A stretch of 63,874 nt of DNA, counting the filler, from Octopus bimaculoides (lineage: Eukaryota): NCBI RefSeq assembly GCF_001194135.2. It is 5 parts of 4 records of this genome, joined end to end, with 100 filler letters (N's around TTAATTAATTAA, not from the genome) between each part and the next. Parts side by side here need not be neighbours in the genome. Positions count along the whole stretch, not along the records: positions 13,017 to 42,307 come from NC_068988.1; 4 more parts are not named here. One strand, given 5' to 3'. The notes beneath the pieces are model-generated. The model was not told where the DNA came from. It worked only from the letters and a program-made list of their open reading frames with translations, and searched no databases. Of this stretch, positions 25,364-39,240 are shown piece after piece (position 1 is the first letter of the stretch; each line of letters starts with the position of its first letter). The position numbers and the translations under genes are program-made.

Positions 25364-25921
25364 AATGGTAATAGCAATAGTAATAGTAATCAGCAGTCTT
25401 ATTTGTATTACATATTTACACTATACTACCGAGCGTAATACCTTGGGTACATGTATTTCGCTTTGCTTTTGTTTTAGTACACTACATAATATATGTATAG
25501 CGCTTCTTGGTTCTACCACCAGTATATTATGCATAGCTTTTAAAGAGCTACTGTTCTGGATATCTAGTTGTATGTATTATGTAGTAGTATTCTCAAATTA
25601 CATACTATGAAATAGATTGCTTTTGTTTTTGCTCCCATCCACTTGCAAATAATGGGAATAATGGCAGTCAATCTCAGGAGAGATAAAGAACAAAGAATCA
25701 ACAAAAATGTAGTCAACCTTTTCGGAAAGATTCCAGGAAATGTAAGGAAATACTGAACGCAGGACGATAAGCAGTTTCACGGTTCTCAGAAGCAATAAGA
25801 AAGGACTTCACGCGTACTCATTGCAGCTGGAAGACACTCGGTCGAAAAATATGGAGAAAAACCAAGAGCTAGATAATGAAAACCGACAGCACCGGAAGCA
25901 TCCAGTTTTGGTTCAAGAATA

Positions 25922-26771
25922 CGTGGTGGTATCAAAAAGTTCCTGGACTAATTCTAATGGCTGCGTACTTGTATATACTTGCATGCGTAGTGAGAGTGAG
26001 CAGTGACCTACCTTCATGAGGCGGTGTACCGAGTGACATCGCTGTGTATATTTTGAAATTTGTGAAATTTGTTTTTGTGATCACGTATATGCTGTAGTCT
26101 GCGATTTTTGTCATGGACAGGAAGTTGGAACAAAGAGTTCACGTGAAATTTTGCTTACAGCGACAAGACAATGGGTTATACGCAATGTTTCGAGTGGCTC
26201 GGGCTCGTCAAAAGTGTAAAAAGTTCTCTGGCATAAGATGAATGACCTGCAAGACCTGCCACGAGCGTCACACCCTCGGAAATGTGGAGAAAATTCATCA
26301 GCTTGTGCATAAGGATCGTTGGAGGACAATCAACGACATTGATGATGTCGTTGGTCTGCCGTATGGGTCCATGCAGGCAATCTTAACGTCTGGATTCTTC
26401 ACGATGATAATGCATCTTGTCACCAAGCTCTCCACACTTCTGAATTTCTTGCCAAAAACAATATGGTTTCGCTTCTGCACCCACCCTACTTGCCAGAATT
26501 AGCACCTGCAGACTTCCACCTCTTCCACAAAAGGAAAATGCAGCTCAAATGTCACCGTTTAACACCTTTGTCAAGATCAATAACGAATCACAGAGGGCCG
26601 CCCACTCACGGAAAACGACGTCCAGGCCTGATTCCTAAAGTAGCAGGAACGCCGGAACCGGTGTATCGCTGCGCAAGGTGATTGTTTCGAAGGAGATGAC
26701 GTTAAAACATCGGTAAATAAGTTATTTTTTCTTAAACATAACTAGTCCGGGAACTCTTTGATACCGTCTTG
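25922..26771 (+). mobile_element. Mariner-like DNA transposon, internally deleted and non-autonomous
   Basis: TIRs ggtatcaaaaagttcctggacta / tagtccgggaactctttgatacc, TA on both sides; transposase relics MDRKLEQRVHVKFC... and LLHPPYLPELAPADFHLF (YSPDLAPxDF motif). Confidence 0.9.
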
Positions 26772-28591
26772 TACTTGAGGAGTCTACAAATGCTTGAAAT
26801 GCTTATTCCCAGGCGATATTAGCATTCCAGCCACTAAACTTAATGTATTTTTAGTGATCATTAGAAACTACATAGTGAGTGATAAGTGATAATTCATCAG
26901 CGATCTGGTATGACTAACTAGCAGATCATTGTATAATGATTGTTGTCCCTCTAGTTTTTATATAGCTTTGACTCGGTAACGTCACATGATTAGTATATCT
27001 AGCAATTTAATAATTTATTGTAATTTATGAAAATTCTTTAAAATGACGACGACTGTTGATAGAGATTTTATAGTTCAAGTGTTCTCGCCATAACTGGATT
27101 ATACTGGTTAGGAGAAAAAGTATGCAAAAAAGAGAAAAATATGCAAAACTAGATGTGGTTGCGAAATTTGGCAACTAGTCAGGAAAAGGAGTGTAAATGC
27201 TGAAGGTTGATAAGTACGTGTGGTTGGCAAACATTCTCAAAAGGATAGCTAAAGAATGATGGGGAGAAGAAACTGTCATTGAAATGTCCACCTATGTTGC
27301 CTCGGTTGTATGCTACTGCATGACCGTGTTACCGTGTCCCAAGGCAAAAGTGACCCGTCTAAAGCGCCTCCGACATTTCTTTTTTTTTACGGAAATGACA
27401 GGTTCCATTAGTCGAAAAATCTACCTGCTGTCAACACATTTTGATGGCTTCAGGTTCTCGTCAGTGTTCAGGAGCATAGACGATTTTAGGTTAACGCCCC
27501 TGTAAAAATAGCTATATCACGAAACCTATAGACACAAATCTTATGTATACCGGTTTGTGACACGTCTTACCACAGTTCATGTAAGATATGTCACACACAG
27601 GACGCCCCTACTAATTTTCCGCACTGAAATCATGGTCAAGCTTAGAAATTGGGCGTTTGCTATCTAGAATATTGCTGGGTATCCATAGCATCCACAAAAT
27701 AGACAACATCCTTGGTGAGGAAGCGACATCCAATGGCGAATTCCTCGAAGGCATGAGCAATGACTGTGTGGAAATTATTTGGGGTGTAGACGAGAACAGC
27801 CTGAACTTACATTACTGGAGGACATTAAAGGTGGAACCTAGTGGCAACTTCCAAATTTTTGGCAGTGCTACAAAGGTGAGGAAATTATCTGTTCATGACA
27901 AGCAATATAGGCATCAAATGTCAACAGTCGAACTTGTTCTTCACGACAAATTTCCGGTACACGCTATCGTTCATTGTGTGTAAATTACCAAATTGAGGGC
28001 TTGTGCTGAATTACTGCTATCACGGACTGTTGAATCCAACTGTCAGCTAAGTATAACGTGAGGATTGACGCGCTGCACTCGTTTGGAGACTGCATGTATC
28101 TAACCCTTGTCTGTTGGTTTGGTACACCAAACAAAAAAATAAACAAGAAAAACGGTGTAATGTACTCGTTTGAAATGTTTGAGAGCTATTATTTTCCTTC
28201 GTGGACAAGACATCGTAAACTTCTTTAAGTAGAGAGTAAAGAACGAAAAACTCTTCCTATCCTGTTATACGAACGGCGGGTAAGAATATTGGAAATGGCA
28301 AGATTGATTGAACTCAGCTTGAATATAAGTTACAAGTTTAAGAAAAAAAATCGAGGATAGAATACTTTGATGTTTTCGATATGGCAGAGTATTACAAGCG
28401 CTCTTCATTCCCCCACATCTTAGGAAACTTGATGGAATTCTAATAACGTAATTGTATTTTCTTGACACCTTTTTATTCGTTGTTAATTAAATGATTTATG
28501 CTTGTTCTTCATCTTGTATTGTCCTGCAAACACGTGGCATATAAATGAAATTATACTCCTCTTTTTCTTCCTCCTCGTCAACCTCATTTTT

Positions 28592-28625
<34 letters not shown>

Positions 28626-28756
28626 CCATCGTCGCCGTCGTCGTCGTCATCCACATCAGCAGCAGTTGTAATTTCACTATTTTCCGTATCGTTATCGTTG
28701 CAATCAACATTGTCATCAAGGGCATCATCATCATCATAATCATCATCATCGTCATC

Positions 28757-28822
<66 letters not shown>

Positions 28823-29116
28823 CAGTATCTCCAGTATTGCGATTTTAAATTTTCTACTTTCGTTTCTATTTTTAAATATAATTCTCTTCTATATGAAACG
28901 TGAGCGTAAGGGTCTATATGTGTGAGCGTGCATGTGTGGGTATGTGCGTGTGTATGTGTGTGTGTGTGTCTGTGTGTACATATATATTTAAAAGCATATA
29001 TACTTACACATATGTACATTGATGTATACACGCACACTCATACATCTGTACATACATACATGCACATATGTATATATATACATACACACACACATAGATA
29101 TATATGTGTATGTATG

Positions 29117-29157
<41 letters not shown>

Positions 29158-30240
29158 NNNNNNNNNNNNNNNNNNNNNNNNNNNNNNNNNNNNNNNNNNN
29201 NNNNNNNNNNNNNNNNNNNNNNNNNNNNNNNNNNNNNNNNNNNNNNNNNNNNNNNNNNNNNNNNNNNNNNNNNNNNNNNNNNNNNNNNNNNNNNNNNNNN
29301 NNNNNNNNNNNNNNNNNNNNNNNNNNNNNNNNNNNNNNNNNNNNNNNNNNNNNNNNNNNNNNNNNNNNNNNNNNNNNNNNNNNNNNNNNNNNNNNNNNNN
29401 NNNNTATATATACACATGTGCTTGCATATATATACGTGTGTATATCTCTTTGACTGCGAGTGCATGACTTTTAGTTAAAACATAATTGAAATTTAGTATC
29501 AAGTTCATATTGTCTGTGGTATATTCATGAAATTCAGAATTTCATTTCACAAATAATCTATATTTTTATATTTTCTCATCGCCATACATTAGCGCTAGTG
29601 CTATAAAACTACCACACACTCATACATACACATACACATGTACATACATATCTCCACACATACACACACGCACCGCACTAACTGACTCACACACGCATAA
29701 AACAGAGATGTATTTGCTGTATTCCGTTTCATGTTTCCGACTTAAATCACCTACTGGCAATGTCGGCAATTGATCTACGTTGTGTTTGAAGTCATGAGAC
29801 GGTTTTGTTTCCTCTAAATAAAACACCTGTACGATTTAGTGAAATAATTTCAATGCTTCAGGATAGATACAGAATTCTTAAATAACAACAATAGTTTTGT
29901 AGTAATAATTTATATTTAAAAACAAGCTATGGTTGTTGGTTTAGTAGTATCAGAATAAGTATGAAGTTGCATAACTGAAAATTTTATGGAAATGCATGAA
30001 AATATATTAGCTTTTATTATTTTTTTTATGTGAGAGGTGGATTCTAGATCAACAATTTGTGTTACCAAACGATTCGGAATGTACAGAAAGTTTATTTCAA
30101 TATTGTAAATATATTGTCTAAGTGTACGTAGGTATGCATATAAATGTATATATACAAGTTTTTATGTGCATGTACATTTGTATGCATATTCGTAACTATT
30201 TATCTATCTATAATTTTATCTATCTATAATTATATATATA

Positions 30241-31087
30241 TTAAGAAATGGAGTCAAACGCAGGTGTTATTCAAATCTTTATACTTCCAACATATGTTTC
30301 GAGGAAAGCATTGATATTATTCCAGAGGGAATAAAATAGTGTAAAACAATGCAACCACCTCGTCAGGGTAAAAAAAAAAAGTGAAACAAAACACATCAAT
30401 AAGCCATTTTAACTGAATGTGATTACTTCGTATATGATGAAGGGGAACGCTGGCTAATTATTTTTTTTTTAAATAGATTTAACGTCAAAGGTAATATAGA
30501 GAAAGAAGAGGAGAAAGAAAGAAATTAACAGAAAATTAAGAATGGAGAAATATAGTGCGATAGATGAGTGGAAATAAAGTTTAAAGGCGTGTAAAGAGAT
30601 ATAAGTAGTGGAAATGAAGTGTAAGAAGACATTTAAAGGTCGAATTTTATAGATTCGTAGAAATTACTTATAGGAACTAAAGGTATGTTTTTGCCAATGT
30701 TTACAACGATAAATGCGTTCTTTAAATGTGTTTACAAGAGTATTCTCCGAGAAAAGGATGAGAAATTGTTCTTCGTTACAGGGCTTTATTCTCATTCATC
30801 TATTAGGCTATATTTCTCCACTTTTAATTTTCTGTTAATCTCTTTCTTTCTCCTCCTCTTTCTCTGAATTACTTTTGACGTTAAATCTATTAACGTTTTT
30901 TTAAAAAAATAACGTTCGGTTAAAATGACTTATTGATGTCTTTTGTTTCTCTTTTTTTTCCTTGACAAGATGATTGCAATGTTTTACATCATTTTATTCC
31001 CTCCTTAATAATATCAATGCTTTCATCGAAACATATGTTGGAAGTATAAAGGTTTGAATAACAACTGCGCTTGACTCCATTGCTTAA
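30241..31087. mobile_element. Fold-back/MITE-like element, ~330-bp imperfect TIRs, bounded by TTAA
   Basis: 30241-30580 is the approximate reverse complement of 30783-31087; the outer 62 bp differ at about 4 positions; both ends terminate in TTAA. Confidence 0.8.
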
Positions 31088-31250
31088 TTTATCTATGTTA
31101 TGTAAGAATATTTCACTTAACGCTGGAATTTCTACCTTTATAAGTAGGCTGTAATATTCCTGACACTTATGTGAATTTTTGCTACGCTGGTAACTATTTA
31201 TTTTTAAGTATTATTTGTACACATTGAAAAAATACACATACATGTCTATA

Positions 31251-31284
<34 letters not shown>

Positions 31285-31815
31285 CATACATATATAAATA
31301 TANNNNNNNNNNNNNNNNNNNNNNNNNNNNNNNNNNNNNNNNNNNNNNNNNNNNNNNNNNNNNNNNNNNNNNNNNNNNNCACACATTTTTTGTATTTCAT
31401 ATGAAAGGTGCTTGATGTGAATTCTTGTGTTGAAAGAAATCTTCTCGTGCCTTGGGAGGATCATTGCGCCAGCAGTAATAAACACACGCTCTGATTCAAC
31501 ATCACTTCTTTATTGATATTCAATTGGTTAAATATCTAACCAACTTACTAATTGATTGTTTACTTCATGTGCTGGTTAAAAAAATCAGTTTGCTGTTAGT
31601 CAAAGTCCTTTTGTCGCTATTGGTGACCTCCTTAGTAAATTGCCGTCTCTTCAGGGTCTGCCTTAGGTCTGTCCAAGAATTTAATCGTTTGCCTGTGCGT
31701 ATGTATGATTGCATAGATATATGTAAATGTGTGTTGGCTTACGATCAGTCCATCTATCTATCTGTCTGTCTGTCTATCTATCTATTTATTTCTCTCTTTC
31801 TCTCTGTATATATAC

Positions 31816-31867
<52 letters not shown>

Positions 31868-32804
31868 GCATATATATAAATGTATATACTTAGTTATACC
31901 CATATATATATGTAAGCATATATATGTATATATATATATACTTATATATATAAACATATATATTTATATATGAGTATATATATATATATATAAATACGCA
32001 ACTCTGCTTTTCAATAGCACGATGGGCTCAATAGACTATTTGTATTGGCGACTTGCAATATTTTTTCATGTGGATTCATTTCTAAATCATTAAATCTTTA
32101 TTTTATCTGAACATCTCCACCCACATCCTAATTTTTCTCTTTGTTTCCTTCTCCTTTCAAATATTACATTTGTGCTGAAACTGTTATTGCCCTCTCATAA
32201 TAATTTCAATGAATTTTAGTAGCTGTCTAAAGTTTCTCATATATAACATCATAGACCTTCCAATATCCTGTAGAGCGCATTCATTGTAGTCAGCTTTGAT
32301 CTACGAAGTTCTCAGAATTTTATCTTCAACGTTCCGTTTAAGAACTTTTTTTCTCTACTTAGTTTTTTTTTTTTTTTAGCAATTCCATTAATTATCCAAG
32401 TTTCTTTCCAAATATACCATAAATTCTTTTAGCTAGGAGTCTAAAAATATTGTTCATTGTTTCATTTCAAATATTCCAATCACTCCATATATATTATACT
32501 TTGGACATTACAGTCTTTGTCGTGGCTATTCTTCTCTTTAGCGGTTTTGTAAATCAATTTGTCTTTGAAAAATATGGTAGCTCAAAGAATGTCGAAAGAA
32601 AGATCATGCAATTCTTTTGGACCTAAGGGTGGAAATGTGGATATGTTCAATGATCATATTATACTTTTGTAAACTTGACCTTGATAAAAATGCGGAACTT
32701 TCCCTAAACCCCCAAACAATATTCAGTATTACTTCTAAGGGGCAAGTTGCCAGGTAGAATCATTGACGCGCCGAGTAAAATGTTTTAATAGCATGTCGTC
32801 TGTC

Positions 32805-32960
32805 TTTCGTTCTGAGATCGAATTCTACCGAGTCTGCCTTTCATCCTTTCGGAGTCAATAGAATAAAAAATACATACCAGTTCAGCACTAGAGTCAATGC
32901 AATCGACGTGCCCTTCCCGCACTGCCTTGTAGCAAAATTTGAAACCAGCATTACTTATAG
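32805..32960 (-). mobile_element. SINE family B fragment, minus strand
   Basis: cgttctgagatcgaattctaccgagtctgcctttcatcctttcggagtcaatagaat is a plus-strand-like B core at 32808-32865; the adjacent gcaaaatttgaaaccagc...ggcctt-type tail indicates a B-family relic. Orientation and limits uncertain. Confidence 0.45.
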
Positions 32961-33544
32961 GGACCTTCATAATTATTTAATCTACTTGATTGGTATTATC
33001 TTTCCGCCTTATTTCCCATCTGATTCCTTCTCTAGTATTTCAATTTTGAAAATCAAACAGCTAATTAAGATACAGTCTTTTTACATTAACATTAGAAGAA
33101 CGGCTGTCAGTTGGTATTTGAGATACACATGTAAATACTTCAATGCTTAAAAACCTATTTATTCAACGCTGTCTATTCCACGGTTGTAGCTTATTAAAAA
33201 TGTGTAACAATTTAAATGAGACAAGGAGAGTAATTTAAAAGCACAGTGGGGGCGTTATGAAAATTTTAAATACCTTAACTTGATCGTTTTCACAGCTGAA
33301 AAATAAAAGGCGATCATAAATCATTTTATAAAGCACGATCTAAAAGAAATACATTTTGAGCCTTACACTTTGTGCTGGTGAGTGTATTATTTTCAATGGT
33401 TGTTTTAAACAAGTGATGCTTAAATTTTTGATAGTGACTGCTTTATTTGTGTGCGTAACTGAATAAACTTAATTGCTTGTTTAGAGTTATTGGTTTTTGT
33501 TTTTTTTTCACATTTTCAATTGAAACAAAATGCTTCTTGTTTAT

Positions 33545-35225
33545 GGTGAATATATCTTCTTGTACATTATTTACATTATTTACAATTGACGGATATTTGT
33601 CATCATCTTGTGTCTTGGGGAAATTTCGAATCTGGGTTCTCATTCGTAAGGTATTTTTCGATGTTGTTATTATTATTCAAGTCACTGCCTGGAATCAAAC
33701 GCGGAATCTTGGGATTAGTAGCCCGTGCTCTAAACCACTACGCCATATGCCCGTGGCCAATTATGGCGTGAATTTTAGAGCTTATAAATCTAATATTCTC
33801 CTGTCCTTCCTTAATACCGGTTCCCATATGCTGTTCATATCTACACTCGGTCTGCTTAGGAGGTTATTGTGTCCTAGCATATGTGCTGCTTCTTTTAGTT
33901 TTCGTATTTTCGGTGGTGTTCTCTGTCTATTATTTTAACTTCATCCCACAAGGGGAGGTGGTCTCCATTTTTCCATGATCAGCTATACCCGATTCATCAA
34001 TATCTCCCCGTGTCACAGCTTTGCGATGTCCCTCTATTCTTACTTTGAGGGTACGGCATGTTTCGCCTTTGTATAACCTACCACAGCTGCATGGGATGGA
34101 GTACACGCTGTTCTTAGTCGTATTCTATTCTATTGGTGGTTTTACTCGAAGGAGATATTTGTGAAGTGTTGTATTACGTTTGAATATTGTCCTGATGTCA
34201 TATGGGCCGCATATCTTTTGTATCTTTTCGGAGAGGCCTTTCACATAGGATAGACAAACTGGGGACACTTTATCGGTTTCATCCTCTCTTTTCTTCATAA
34301 TTAGAGTGGAGAGTATGCCTTTGCGGTATTTATTGCTAAATAGATTGTTACTGAGCTTGATCATTTCTTCATGGTGGGTATCACAATCGCTACTTATATT
34401 CATTGCTCGATGTTTTAGGCACTGATCAACCCCTCTCTTTACACTGTATGGATGGTGGGAGTTGAAGTTGAGGTATCGTCCAGTAAAGGTCGGCTTGCGA
34501 CATACGGATGTCCTGAATCCATACTTAGTGCAAGTTATTAATAAGTCATGGAATGCTAGCTGATTGTCTTTTTCTTTCTCCATTGTGAAATGTATGGACG
34601 GCTTTATTGCGTTCACATGATCTAACAGCACTTGGACATCTTCTTGGTGGGGCCAGAGTATAAAGGCGTCATCAATATATCGCAACAATAAGATTGGTTT
34701 TAGAGGTGTTGATTTTAAAGCCAAATTCTCAAACTATTCCGTGTATATATTGGGTATTATTGGAGATAATGGCGAACCCATAGCTAAACCCTCTTTTGTC
34801 GATATATATCAGTGTCTATACTCAAGTAGGTAGTTTCTACACAGAAGGTCAACATTTCCATCAAGTTTCTTATTGGTATACTAGTGCATTCTTTTATATG
34901 GGTGTCTGTCACTAGTTTTTCTTGAATCACTGATAGTGCTTCACTAGTTGGGACTTTGGTGAACAGACTAATCACATCTAGACTCACGATCTGGTTGAAT
35001 TCAATAGGGGTATCCTTGATGAATTCTGTGAAGTGGGTGGAATTCTTCACGTACGATGTTGACTTTCCCGCTAATGGGCTGATTATATCCACAAGACACA
35101 TGATGAAGGCTAGAGGGTATATCAGCCGAAACGTGTTAACAACAAAGAAGATGAGGACAAATATCCGTCAATTGTAAATAATGTAAATAATGTACATAAT
35201 TCCTCATCTCTTAAATATAGAGCAG
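33545..35225 (-). mobile_element. Penelope-like retroelement (5'-truncated): RT, GIY-YIG, tRNA-like module, pseudo-LTR, plus an inverted pseudo-LTR at the 5' junction
   Basis: RT motifs SLDVISLFTKVP, G.AMGSP-like region and LRYIDDAF, FTMEKE...LAF.DL...RKPTFTGRYLNFNSHHP; GIY-YIG VYSIPCSCGRLYKGET.RTLKVRIEGH...KIIDREHH...KLKEA; plus-strand pLTR copy at 35092-35225 abuts the truncated RT. Confidence 0.92.
33783..35092 (-). pseudogene. PLE reverse transcriptase / GIY-YIG endonuclease ORF, disrupted by frameshifts and stops
   Basis: ORF-track pieces 34784-35101 and 34125-34724 plus a GIY-YIG segment 34120-33783 read by hand, ending ...MNSIWEPVLRKDRRILDL*. Confidence 0.9.
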
Positions 35226-36916
35226 TATTATATTACGCACATAAAAACATGCATATTGTTCAAAAGACATTGATGTTGCTTTGGTGGTAGGAGTAAACGT
35301 AAATTTTTAATTTCAGCTTGGTTTCTCACGTATTCTGCTACTTGTTTTCATATGAATTGGTTGTAGATTCGCCAACACTGCAGTCCAGTTAAAACTGAAC
35401 TTTTACAAGAGATATATTAAATTTTTTTTTTCTTTTGCTCTGCATTTAAGCAAGTAAACTTTTCTTCTCTCCTGTTTAGCGTGCGGCTTCAGAATCTGAA
35501 TTGCAGTTTTAGATAGTAGGTTGCATGCATTTGCTATTTGCATTACAGCGAACTATAATGAAGTTGATTTATCCTCATAGATTTAGAAAGAAAATATAAT
35601 TTGAATGAGATGTTGAATTACTCTGGTTTTTAAAATATAAAAATGTATGTATACAATGAATTGCGTGAGTATAGTTTTAAGGACAATTTAAATTAAGGTA
35701 ACCGCTGAAGGTATCAGCCGAATAAATGCGCTCTACACAAGTTTTTGAATATGTTTTTTCGCTTGATCATTAAAAATAACGTACATTTTGTGTCTATCAA
35801 ATTGGCCGCTATACGTGAAGTGCGATCACAGAGTTGAATAGAAGAACAGCAAATAAATGAGTCATTCAAAAACATTAAAATATCAAGAAAAACCTCCACC
35901 AAAACATCGAATGCTGTATAGAGAGATATAAGGCATCATTTTTAGTCAGGAGCAGCAACATCGATCTACACACAATGGAATATTGAATTTTAAAATCCCA
36001 GAGAACTCCGTTATAAAACAAGGTGGATGTAAGTATTCAAATATACTAATTTAGTAAATAGAGAAATAAACCTTAAAAAAAGTGTACTAACGTCTAAATC
36101 ACGTGAAACGAAAATAATGAATTATCAGCGAAAATGTAACCTAACAATATATTCGCACATCACGAGAATAACAAAATCTCTACTGGTACAAGATAAAAAT
36201 GTTTCCATATAGTATCTCTATATTTATAGACACACACATGCGCATTACATGCACAAACACATACACGTGTATACATATGTGTGTGTGTATATGTATGCAT
36301 AAATACATACATATTTATATATATTTATTTAAGGCGGTGATCCTGTATGGTCGCAGTCAAATAACTGAAACAAGTAAAAGAATAATTAAAATAAAAGAAT
36401 ATATATATATATATATATATATATATCGTTACACCCAACAAAAAATATACAAGACTACCAGACCGAGAGACTGAAAACAAAACACTATAATGAACCATTT
36501 TCAAAAGAAATCTAAGAGACATGTTCCTAGATTTACTAATGGATAGAATATGTACAACATACACTTTCCCATTTCGTAGATGGCTTTTGGGATTGAGACC
36601 TCTGGGGATTCTAGATTTCAATCTCTTGACAGAGAATAGCACTTAACATTGCTTGTAGTAGTTTTAGTTGTTGACTCCTCGATATGGTGGCCATAGTAAT
36701 GTTATGTTTATACGTAAAGTATGGGTCTTAGTGCTGGTAATATTAAGAATATTACTGTTATTGTTATTATGATTATTAGCTCTGCTAATACTACTGCTAT
36801 TACAACTACTACCAGGGATATTAAAATACCACCCACGAGCACCATCGTCATTACAACCAATGTTGCGGTTACTGCTGATGCTGACGCTATTGATGTTGCT
36901 GCTTCTGCTGCTGCTG

Positions 36917-36980
<64 letters not shown>

Positions 36981-37169
36981 CACTACTCAATGCCCTTACT
37001 TCTGTTGTTATGTTGCCTGTAAAACAATTAATACAAAGGAACAAATAGCGAAGCATTATTTCGCTTCTATTGACTATTTCAGCTTATTTTTGTTGAGCTT
37101 TCACATGATGAACGCTGAGATAATACATCGCGTATAAACGTGTAGTCCACATACATACGTATGTTAATG

Positions 37170-37238
<69 letters not shown>

Positions 37239-38039
37239 ATATGTATGTATGTATGTATGTATGTACGTACGTATGTATGTATGCAAGTGTGGAGAAACGT
37301 TCGTACGTTTATTAATGAAATAATTAGCATTTAGTTACCAGTAGCAGGAATGCGTTTAATGCGTAAATTGGTATCCGCAGTAACTTTACATCGCTATGTG
37401 TTGTGGCTATTTAAGCAATGTGTTCGAAGATGATTAATGGATTAGATGAGTGCTGATGAAGGGGCAAAATCCCCCGAAATATGGCATATACGTTCATTAG
37501 CCATTTTTATCTTCGACTTCACTGTTTCTTTGTTTACATCCGACATCTCGTACAGGAAATGCTGTAGCAAAAATCAGCACTGGCTATAATTTGTATAACA
37601 CATCTGTAGTAATAACCTTAACAAAATTGTTTATTAATTACTTCATAAACGTATGCATATATCTTCATGTTTATTTTTACAGTATATACTATGTATTGTG
37701 GATATCGCTAGAGAGCACAAGCGATAATAATTCGATTTCTTTTCACAGGTATATTATTCAAATTAGTAAAAATAACATGGGATTCTAAACACTATATGTG
37801 ATGCCCTACATACAGCACTGCATTGCTATAGCCTATATATATGTATGAGTGAGAGTATGTATATGTATGCATGTATGTGCATAACATGCGCTTCGTTGTG
37901 TGAGCTTTATGCAAGGGTATTTCAAAAGACTGATGTTGCGATCAACACTGAACGGCTGAAATAGGTTTCAAACAATCAATAATGCGCGATTGCATCATTG
38001 ATGTTCGGTGCATCTACAATCAATTGGACAAAATATTAT

Positions 38040-38870
38040 TTATAGAGGCTTGACCGAAAATTAAGAAAACTAACTCACAATGCCGCCCCAAGAGCAACAT
38101 GGATAAGCTAATCCTGTACAAGAGACGAGCGAAGGCTAATTAGCTGTGAAATTTGTGTACGCTCAGGAGGTAATAACTTGGAATAGTATATCAAAATAGC
38201 CAAAGCACCCTTGTTGGTTTAGGTGAGACTATTAGTTGTATTCAGGACACATTGTTCGAGTACAGAGGGAAAATAGCAAGGAATAGGAAAGAAAATGGAA
38301 TGGAAAAAGGATATAAACAGTTTGCGAGAGAGGCTAGCAGAATTACAAACGCCGATGGAAGTTGGTACGGACTAAAAGAGTGTGTTTTGAAGTCCGTAAC
38401 AGAAGCGCTTATCTGTGTTACACGGGAACAAGCACTCGAGTTAAATTAAACAAATGCAAGACTGGAAATAAAAATGAAAGTACAAGTTATGCGGTGATAA
38501 ATATGAGACTGTGTGGTAAATTGCGAATGAGTGTACGAATCAGGATAAAGATTACTGGAAAAGAAGACACGATAATGTTACAATATTCATAGAAAGGACG
38601 GATTAGAGAGAGCGAGGATGTTGTATGGGCAAATATCAGACGGATTATTCGAGAATTACATGGTAAAGACACTGCGGGATGTAATGATCCAATATGATGT
38701 GGAAATTGAAGATCGAAGACCGCATGTAACGATTGTGAATAAAGAGGAAATGACATCCGTACTCAAAGATATTGTAAATCCTGGTGATAACAGAGTATCG
38801 GAAAGAGAAGCGGAGCAACTGATTAGATAAAACGGTTTGAAGTGGGGAAAACGAAAACCTGTAGTTATAA
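38040..38870 (+). mobile_element. Degraded R4/Dong-like non-LTR retrotransposon (post-RT, zinc knuckle, RLE)
   Basis: QFAREASR...W..LK..VLKSVTEALI...EQAL; RRHDNV; GLFENYMVKTLRDVMIQYDVEIEDRRPHVTIVNKEE...DIVNPGDNRVSEREAE (cf. RPD...IDIA.PGD.RV..KE.EK). Confidence 0.8.
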
Positions 38871-39084
38871 AGAAGCTGTTATTCTCTTAATTTTAGGTTT
38901 CCCCCTTTTTTAGAGGATTAGTGTATTCTAAGTATCAAGCTCGCGAACACGATTGAAAACAAAAAGGTAAACGGGAAGCAGCAGAAAGCGGTGTTGCTTA
39001 GAACTGTCAAAAGCCACTGTAGAGGTCTCGAAATCTGGAAACAGCGGACACTTGCATTCTCCAGATTTCTGTTTTAAGAAAGAT

Positions 39085-39240
39085 AAATAATCCTTTTCTA
39101 CAATGGGTACAAGGCCTGAAATTTTGGGGAGATGGGGATAGTCAATTACATCGCCCCCGGTACTTGACTGGTACTTAATTCATCGACCTCAAAAGGATGA
39201 ATGGCAAAGTCGATTTCAGCTGAATTTGAAGAAAGATAAA
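39085..39240 (-). mobile_element. SINE family B, 3' part, minus strand
   Basis: gtacaaggcctgaaattttgggg...gtcaattacatcgcccccggtacttgactggtacttaattcatcgacctcaaaaggatgaatggcaaagtcga. Confidence 0.8.

Noticed and set aside
27657-27983. 108-aa plus-strand ORF in complex sequence
   Set aside because: Starts at a non-ATG codon, no recognisable domain or splice context; more likely an old repeat.
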